Assembly: GCA_964187785.1 (NCBI GenBank)
Contig: CAXLNC010000268.1
Coordinates: 1 to 56,506, forward strand
Direction of reading: 5' to 3'
From: Amphiscolops sp. MND2022
Taxonomy: Eukaryota
DNA length: 56,506 nt
Shown here: piece after piece, positions 49,201 through 56,506 of the stretch
Numbering within the stretch: the first letter of the stretch is position 1
Layout: each line of letters opens with the position of its first letter
Notes under the pieces: generated by a model
Database searches by the model: none
Told to the model about the DNA's origin: nothing
What the model saw: the letters and a program-made list of their open reading frames with translations, nothing else
Program-made: the position numbers and the translations under genes

Positions 49201-50037
49201 ATGTGACCAAAGTTTTTGAAATATGATATGTTTATTCTAGAACACTCGGTTTTGGGAGCTGCACATTTGCCACAATTGTGATCTAGGACAGTCGCTTGAG
49301 AGCCGTGCCCTAACTTGCGAGGATCTTGATGAAGGAGCTACTCAAATGTACATGTACCGTGAGATGAAACATACGTCAGTGCATCCAGAAAATGTACAGT
49401 TGTAAACAATTTCTGCTACTGCTAAATAAAAGGTGCAGCCCTGAAGGTAGTGTTTTTCTCATGAAGACGGAAGCAGCAGACTACCTGCAGAGTGATTTGG
49501 ACGACGAGTGATTCGTCGAAGTTTGGACATTCGGTCCACTTGACAGCAACAACAAACTTGAATCACATATGTCGAACGAACTCTTATTCTTTGAATACGT
49601 GTACATATTTATCTTTATCTTCATCTATATTTGTTTTGCTGAAGCTGTAAAAATCTTTCATTTGGAAATTTTCAGACTCCTTTTCCAATTTACTTTCAAG
49701 ATTCAAGCATTTTCTTCCAAGTTACTCTCAAGGTTCAGGCATTTTCTTCCAAGATACTTCCAAGATCAGGCATTTTCTTCCAAGTTACTTCCAAGATCAG
49801 GCATTTTCTTCCAAGTTACTTCCAAGATCAGGCATTTTCTTCCAAGTTACTTCCAAGATCAGATATTTTCTTGCAAGATCTTACAAGACCAGACATTTTC
49901 TTGCAAGATCTTGCAAGACCAGACATTATCTTCCAAGATCTTCCAAGATACCTGCAAGAATAATGCATTGTCTTCCAAGATCTTGGAAGTGAAATCTGAC
50001 AGATTCTTGCAAGACATGTATGGGAGTTCGACTGGGG
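49201..50037 (+). repeat. Right end of the large element: direct-repeat segment, CTTCCAAG/CTTGCAAG subterminal array, right TIR
   Basis: Homology to 14121-14620; tandem TTCCAAGATCAGGCATTTTCTTCCAAG units; ends GTATGGGAGTTCGACTGGGG at 50037. Confidence 0.9.
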
Positions 50038-50945
50038 TTGTTATTGGGACCAGTGGTAGGGATCATCAACACGAATGAAGAAGGAACAGTAATGTTCACA
50101 TCGCAGAATATCTTGTACGCATATGAACAAACCGAATTGCATCCAGAGACAGCAAAGCACGGCAATTTCCAAATGATTGGAGGGCGAGCAACAGGAACAT
50201 ATGCTTTCAATACAGGATACTACGGGTTGACGATAATGCCAACAGAGTTCCAAAAGATTTGAATTAACTTCTTTATATCATCAGAAACACATCGCGTTCA
50301 TAGATGACGTTTTGATAGTAGCGAAAGAAAGCAAAGAGCATTACATGGAGAAGGTGGAAGAAGTGATGACAACACTCGACGAAGCAGGAAACCGGCTGAA
50401 TTGAGAAAAATGTAAATTTGTGCAAAAACAAACCGAATGGTTAGGTTTTCCACTCTCGATGACGGGGATCAAACCAATTGATGAAGAAATCCGAGCAAAA
50501 TATGAGAGAATAACACCGAAACAATTGAAAGAATTTCGCTCATTCATGGGGCCCATCAATCAAAAGAACAATTTTGTTCCATATCTGGCACAACTATGCG
50601 TTCCGCTACGACCCTTCCTGAGCAAAGAAAACGACGGGGTTGACAATCATAAAAGTGCATTTGAAAAAATAAAGAAAACCATACATACAGTAACAGATTT
50701 ACAACATTTCAAAAGAAACCAACCCATGAGAATCGTCTGCGATGCCAGCAGAAAACAGAACTAGTTTGGAACCAGTTCACTTTGCATTACGATTCTTGAC
50801 CACCTTTGAACAAAAAAATTCAATAATTGAATGAGAACTTTTAGCAGTTGTTTGGGGAGTGGAAAATTTTAAAAACTACGGTTATCGAGCCGCTTTGGAA
50901 ATAGTATCAGATCAAAAAGCCTTAACATCAATTTTGGATATAGAG
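50038..50945 (+). pseudogene. pol: Gypsy RT-RNase H, continuation of the pol broken at 13450
   Basis: LLGPVVGIIN...GYYGLTIMPTEFQKI; FIDDVLI (about 50297); KCKF..K..EWLGF; FRSFMG; MRIVCDAS; ELLAVVWGVE; EIVSDQKAL. Confidence 0.9.
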
Positions 50946-52295
50946 CAAACCAAACACAAGGATTTCCACTCAAACGAAGCTTTCAATTACTCCACTTCTA
51001 ATGACAAAATGTTTCGAAATTTTTCCTACCCGACGCACGTGAACAATAATGATCGAACTTGTGAACCCATATTGAATAAATCTGATTTGTTTTTGAACTG
51101 CATGAACTTTGAACACGCCGCCAGCTTGCCAATGAAATATTTCAATTCTCATATATTTTTAGTTTGTACAAAATGACGCCAAAGAACCCGTCCTCTTCAT
51201 GTTTGTCAACACGGCCGCGCCTCAATAACTTTTACGCCTTTCTGACTTCTACCACAAGTTTTTCAAGTTCACTCAAGGTCATTTTCATCACTTTTCAGGT
51301 GTCACCACTTGTTCATTTCTCCTCACTTCATTTTCAAATCTCGCTCGAAAAAACAAGCCGTGAGCGGCCCAAGTCGGCGCCATATCTAAGGCTCAAAAAT
51401 AGCAAAAGTACTTCAACGTGTCAATTATTCTATTCTACAGTACCCACATGAGGAAAAAATTGAAAAAATCCCATTTTTCTCCGAAGTTTTTTTCAACTTT
51501 TTTTTGGTCTCCGGTAAGTCACATAGTGCCGAAAAAGGTAGAAGCGGACTTCAAAAAAGCCTATATAACCTCTATTTCAGGTGCCAGTAGAAGTAGCGTG
51601 GCATTTAGTGTTAGTTGAAGTCAGCTTACAAAGCCTATAAAATCTGTTACTTCGTTGGTCTTAAAAAAAGAAATGTCACTACTTACTATAGTCTGCGTTT
51701 TTCTACGAAAAAGCGCCCACTAATAAAAATGAAATCATTTCTGAAAATTCAGTCGGAAAAATTTTTACAAGTACACGATAAAAATGAAACAAAAATTCAG
51801 ATCCTCACACCCGCTTAAATTTATTTTAACTTGAAATTATTTTACCTGTAACTCCAACTTTACTAAATTGTCTGAATATCGATATTACATATTGTCCGAA
51901 TCTTACGAAAGGAAAAAAAATTAATATATAGTCACAAGTCTAAGATATAAAAACAATTTAGAACTACTTCCAGTTCTCAAAAATTCAAACACCATCTCTA
52001 CCTATATTTCAACCACAACTCAAACATTCTTTCATTCCGAACTTCAAACTATTTTGATCCTGAAATCAAAAAATGTTTTTTCGTCTCAACCCACCTACAT
52101 ACTTTTTCTTTTTTCAAAACCCGGTGGAATGATATACCTGTCCAATGATTCATTCCTTAATATCCCTGCCATCTCTAATCTAGCCATCTAGACTCTCCTG
52201 CACTGCTTTGAATTTAATTGTATCTAATTTGTATTCATCATACAACGTAAATGTAAAACTCGTTTGATTTATACCTCTCGGTATAACTGAAATAA

Positions 52296-52384
52296 AAATA
52301 AAAGTCTTGATGTCCGATTTGTCACTTTATCAAGACCTACTAGGTCTTGATAAAGTGACAAATCGGACATCAAGACTTTTATTT
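52296..52384. repeat. 89-bp palindrome (44-bp arms, 1-nt centre)
   Basis: AAATAAAAGTCTTGATGTCCGATTTGTCACTTTATCAAGACCTA-C-TAGGTC... Confidence 0.9.
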
Positions 52385-54032
52385 CAGTTCTACATATTAC
52401 TGCAGTTTAATTTGCACTAATAGTATTACTGCAACTCTGTTAGCGTCTCCTAAAGTACTATCTTAATGTAAAACTAGATTTTTTAATATCGAACATCAAA
52501 CCAATAAACACAAGTACTTTACTAAATCAACTAAACTTAGATGAGACAAATTCGCTAAACATTCTCGCGGACGCGGACTATCCCAGTTTTGTAGTTTTTC
52601 CTTTAAACAGCGCTCAAACATATCGCAGCGCCACATGCCTTGGATTGTTACCCAAGTTTTTGAGTTACTACGGCTTGGCACAATTTTTGACTACATTCTC
52701 AACAGTTCTTCCGTTTTAAATCTTAGATTGATCTTATTGCGATGCTTGTGGAATCTATTTTACTTTTGTTTGAAGGCGTATCGTGGATTAGAGTGTATCA
52801 ATGACGTCAATTAGAAACCCCCAAGGGTTTGACCCTAACATGTTGTCAGTGTTTGATATGGTTCTAGGTTGCGCCAAAGGACAACACAAACAAGAATATT
52901 ATGCCCAAGAGCATTACGTCCAAAGCGTACATTAGTGCTTCCAGGTGTTTCAAAGGATCGAAGGAGGTCCAAAGTGATTCAAAAGAGGTCCCCATGTGAC
53001 AAAAATGCAACAAAAATGTAGAAAGTCTTACTTCAGACTTTTGTTGTTTGTTGTTTACTTTCTGAAAAAAAATAAATTCGAGGTTTTACCATGAATAACT
53101 TGAAAAAACGTAGGCCACAGTACATTGTTGCTATTTTAAATGACTGAGATCTTAATTTCCGCGAAGTACACGGTATTGATGCCTTTAAAACAACGTTATA
53201 ATGAGCACTTCTGTTGTTTACATTGAAGCGGTATGAACGGTACTAATTAGATGCAATTCAACAGTTAATTCGGCTTGTTTTCAAAACACGACTTGTAATG
53301 TCTTCTGTTTCTTGTTTTGATGTCGTGTCAATACGCACTCCTCCGAGCCATTTCGTTTCGCGTCAGGTGGAAAAACGAGAACCGAAAAACTAACTATTCA
53401 ATTTTTGAAAAAGCTTCAAAGGCTTTTGCCATAACTTGAACAAAGCTGAACTGACGAATAAAAGGTGCTCTCATATTTCCCACGTGATCTCGCGCCATTT
53501 TCATCGATTCAACTACAAAACTTATTGTTTTTCATGGTATGTTTTGTCCCATTTTCAAAATGAAATTATATACATATATATTCACATTGGGGAAAACGAG
53601 GTTTGTTTCGAAGCTCAATTAATTCATTGATCTAATACATTGAACTTATTGATTCTAAATACAAAAATGTTAAAATGCTGAATAAGTTTCAGAAGCATGA
53701 AAAACGATAAAACTAACAGAACAAAATCAACTGATAAAAAAATAAATATACTAATAAGTTAAATAAAAACGTTAATTGCACGCACTAATCAGAATAAAAC
53801 TTCAACTAATGTAGTTATGGGTAAAAAACACCTTTGATTCAAATGAATTTTATTCTCTGACTTAAATCAATCTGGGATATATATATATACTGACACGAGC
53901 TCGTTGATTTGCCTTTTTGGTTTCTCAATAGCTTATCTGATGTATCACCGCTTCTCGAATAGCACGTTGAAAATGACGCTAGTCTGCCGTTTATTTTATG
54001 GATGAAGTTGAATCTTGATAAAATGGCATTGC

Positions 54033-54412
54033 GGGGGACTGTTCAATTCGTCGAACATTCAATTCGTCGAACACGTATTACTTTAGCGAGCAATATATGA
54101 CGTAATGGAATGAATTGATTTCGGCCAATCAAATTCGAGCATTCAAAATTACGATAACGTAGTCAGATATGTTCACATACTCCTAGTGCCCTAAATGCAG
54201 GAGCGAAGCGAAGCGGAGCGACGTGCCATATGGCCATGCCTCAATATTGCTACTTGGCGAAGGGAGCGAAGCGACCGAGCCATACAACAAATATGCTAAT
54301 CGCTACAAAATATAACCAAATGAAATTAATCGCTGATATGGAATTCTTTCGACGCATTGAATAGCTTTTCATTTTTCGACGATTTGAATGTTCGACGAAT
54401 TGAATAGGCACC
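54033..54412. mobile_element. 380-bp MITE with GG termini
   Basis: Inverted TTCAATTCGTCGAACATTCAA repeats; perfect 8-bp TSD GGCATTGC. Part of the interior recurs at about 29805-29880. Confidence 0.8.
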
Positions 54413-55453
54413 GGCATTGCGATTGATTACATGTTAACTGCATTTGAGACCAGATGTGCTTCTGAAGGAACCCCGCAAAACAGTAATGTTTCATATTGCC
54501 ACCAAATCGATGATGCTTCTTTGAATCATCTCCATTAAAGTCGATCACTTCAGGAAAACATTAACGAGGAAAGCTTTCTCACGTGTTTTAGAAAATCCAA
54601 GCAAAAGTTGTTTATAAGTTCCGAAACATGGAAAATGCTCAAGCAGTTCGAACAAGAGAAGAGAGTGAGTTCTTCAACTCTGAATCTGAATGAAGATTAA
54701 AACATGGTATTAACGATAAAAATGTGACTACATTTGTTTAATTCATGAATAATGAAAAATAGATCATAGAAAAAGTATTTTCACACTGCAAAGAAAGCAT
54801 CATTTTCAGCACATTGTCTATTGTCACTTAAGAGGAGTCCTCTCTGCTTCATCCAAAATTTCCCCTCCCTCTTGATATTTAAGAAGTGAGAACTATATTT
54901 GCTCGAGAAGTTGTTCTGGTAAGCGTCATGTTGGCATTTGAACTGCTAGGGTAGCTCTTGCGATTTTTTCTGACTTCGCCCATTCGATAGTCCATTGCGA
55001 ATGTTGATTCATGTGAACCTCGATAAAACTGAATATGGCATCAGTAGTAAATCACCGATAACACTCCGTGATTATTTTGAGTAGTTTGAAAGATTCACTT
55101 CTCAGATATCTGTCTCGGGTTGTCTAACTTTTCTTTCTGTTTTTAAATCGCTGATTTGAGTTGTCTACACAGTCCACTATTTCTGTCATTTTTTCAGCAG
55201 TTTCCTTCTTAGTCGGAGCTGAAATTGAATCTTTGTTTCTGTGATAGAGCTAAGTCTAGTCTATTAATTGCCTTGCTGTACTTAAATACCATGAGAAAAC
55301 TGTCAGTGTGAAAGAATTAATTACATAACATAATAACAACCTGCCAAACTGAAGTGAACTGGCAAAACAGAAGAAACTGCCAGAACATCAGAATACGTAC
55401 AATTCAATAGTTTGCTAACTACATTGTTTTCCTCGATTTCGTCAGTCGTAAAC

Positions 55454-56506
55454 ATGGCGCTGCGAGCTAGTTCATCGAATGAAAATGACGATAATTCTAA
55501 TTCACCCGTACCTGGCCTCCATTACTTCTGGCAAGAAGCAGATGAAACCCCAAGTTACGAATGGGAACAATGGATCCAATTATTCGAGGTAGCCGTTCTT
55601 GCACGCCATTCCATTTCTGTGTTGGAGCTAACCCGCGACGAAGATCCAAATAACCCAAGAAATGCAGCATTAATGAGAAATCTGGAAATTGAACCAGCGA
55701 AAATAAAAGTAACGAGTCTCCTATATATCTCAATTGGCAAAACGGGCAGAAAAATGCTAATGGATAACTTTCCCCACATAAACATCTTGTTAATCCAGCT
55801 GAACATCTTTCTGCAGCATTGTAATGAATGCTTCCAGATGAGAAGAAACAGAACTCTGGACCGCCATACGTTCTTATCAAGGAAGCAAAAACCTTCAGAA
55901 TCCTTGCATCAATTCTGGAATGTGCTAAATGGCTTAGCTGCAAAGTGCGACTTCGGGAACCAGGCGGAAGGGCTGGTGTACGACATATTTATTCTGAATA
56001 TGTCCAATAAACAAGTACAGGAAAAGCTCTGCACTGAGCCAAAGGACAACCCTGTGGACGCGCTTCAATTCGCAATTGCCTTTGAAGATGGCTTAAAAAG
56101 GCAAAAGACCTTTGGGTATAATGGCCAAGAAGCGAGAGTGAAAGAGGAACCCGTGTGTGCAATCAGTGGTAATCGCCAAAACAATAGAGAATGCTGGAGA
56201 TGTGGCGCAGGGAACTTCACCCTTGAACATACAAAGATATGCAAAGCAACGACGTGAAATGTAATTACTGCGGCAAAAGAGGCCATTTAGAAAGAGTGTG
56301 TAATCAGAGAAGAAAAGACAACACGCAACAATTCGCCAAATCACGATCCAATGGCGTGCGAGACCAATTTAACAAACGCATGCAATTGGTTGATCAAGAA
56401 GAAGAAGATGAAGATGACGAGAATTACATGGTGCTGAATGTCGAAGGCGATGAAGAAAAAGTAAAACCATACTACCTGGAAGGTTTTATAAATGGAAACA
56501 GGTTTA
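55454..56506 (+). CDS. gag: Gypsy/Ty3 gag (two CCHC-type knuckles) running into protease; 1-nt deletion at about 56250; truncated by the window end
   Basis: WEQWIQLFE; NRTLDRHTFLSRKQKPSESLHQFW..L..LAAKCDFG; CWRCG...H...C; CNYCGKRGHLERVC; PYYLEGFINGNRF upstream of the protease active site. Confidence 0.9.
55455..55467 (+). other. Primer-binding site (tRNA-Ser-like) directly after the LTR-terminal CA
   Basis: ...GTAAACA|TGGCGCTGCGAGC. Decayed equivalents at 8635 (TGGTACTGCGC) and 11753 (TGGCACTGCGC). Confidence 0.55.

Larger units (their letters stand above)
13451..50037 (+). mobile_element. 36.6-kb CACTA/CMC-type (composite or cargo-carrying) DNA transposon inserted in Gypsy RT
   Basis: 37-bp TIRs at 13451-13487 and 50001-50037 (1 mismatch); TT at 13449-13450 and 50038-50039; subterminal CTTGCAAGA arrays at both ends. 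The flanks rejoin in frame as QMPNWG-L-LLGPVVGIINTNEEG. A CACTA-type transposase lies inside. Confidence 0.75.

Noticed and set aside
50950-51450. Coding-like fragment following the Gypsy RNase H
   Set aside because: Not recognisable as integrase or any other family; broken frames.

Overview
AT-rich eukaryotic DNA (probably an invertebrate animal; taxon not determinable here), made almost entirely of nested transposable elements. No rRNA, complete tRNA or CRISPR array was found. Order: LTR-like start; decayed BEL/Pao pol (about 2.4-4.8 kb); a Gypsy/Ty3 element whose upstream-gag-protease part is tandemly duplicated (about 3.12 kb unit); and a second Gypsy gag-pro at the right end. Main result: the Gypsy reverse transcriptase breaks off at 13450 and resumes in frame at 50038. 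The 36,587 bp between are bounded by 37-bp terminal inverted repeats (36/37 identical, CCCCAGTCGAACTCCCATAC...) and a TT target duplication, the signature of a CACTA/CMC DNA transposon. Inside are four co-oriented spliced genes: two BEN-domain genes, a Suv4-20-like SET gene, and a second SET domain that can be spliced in frame to a CACTA-type DDE transposase. The interval also holds an intron-containing hAT-transposase-derived gene with degenerate catalytic motifs and an acidic orphan ORF. Two hAT-type MITEs sit in coding exons and can be removed exactly by splicing (introner-like). Domain calls come from motif recognition by eye, splice models are predictions, and most genes carry one or two disabling lesions.
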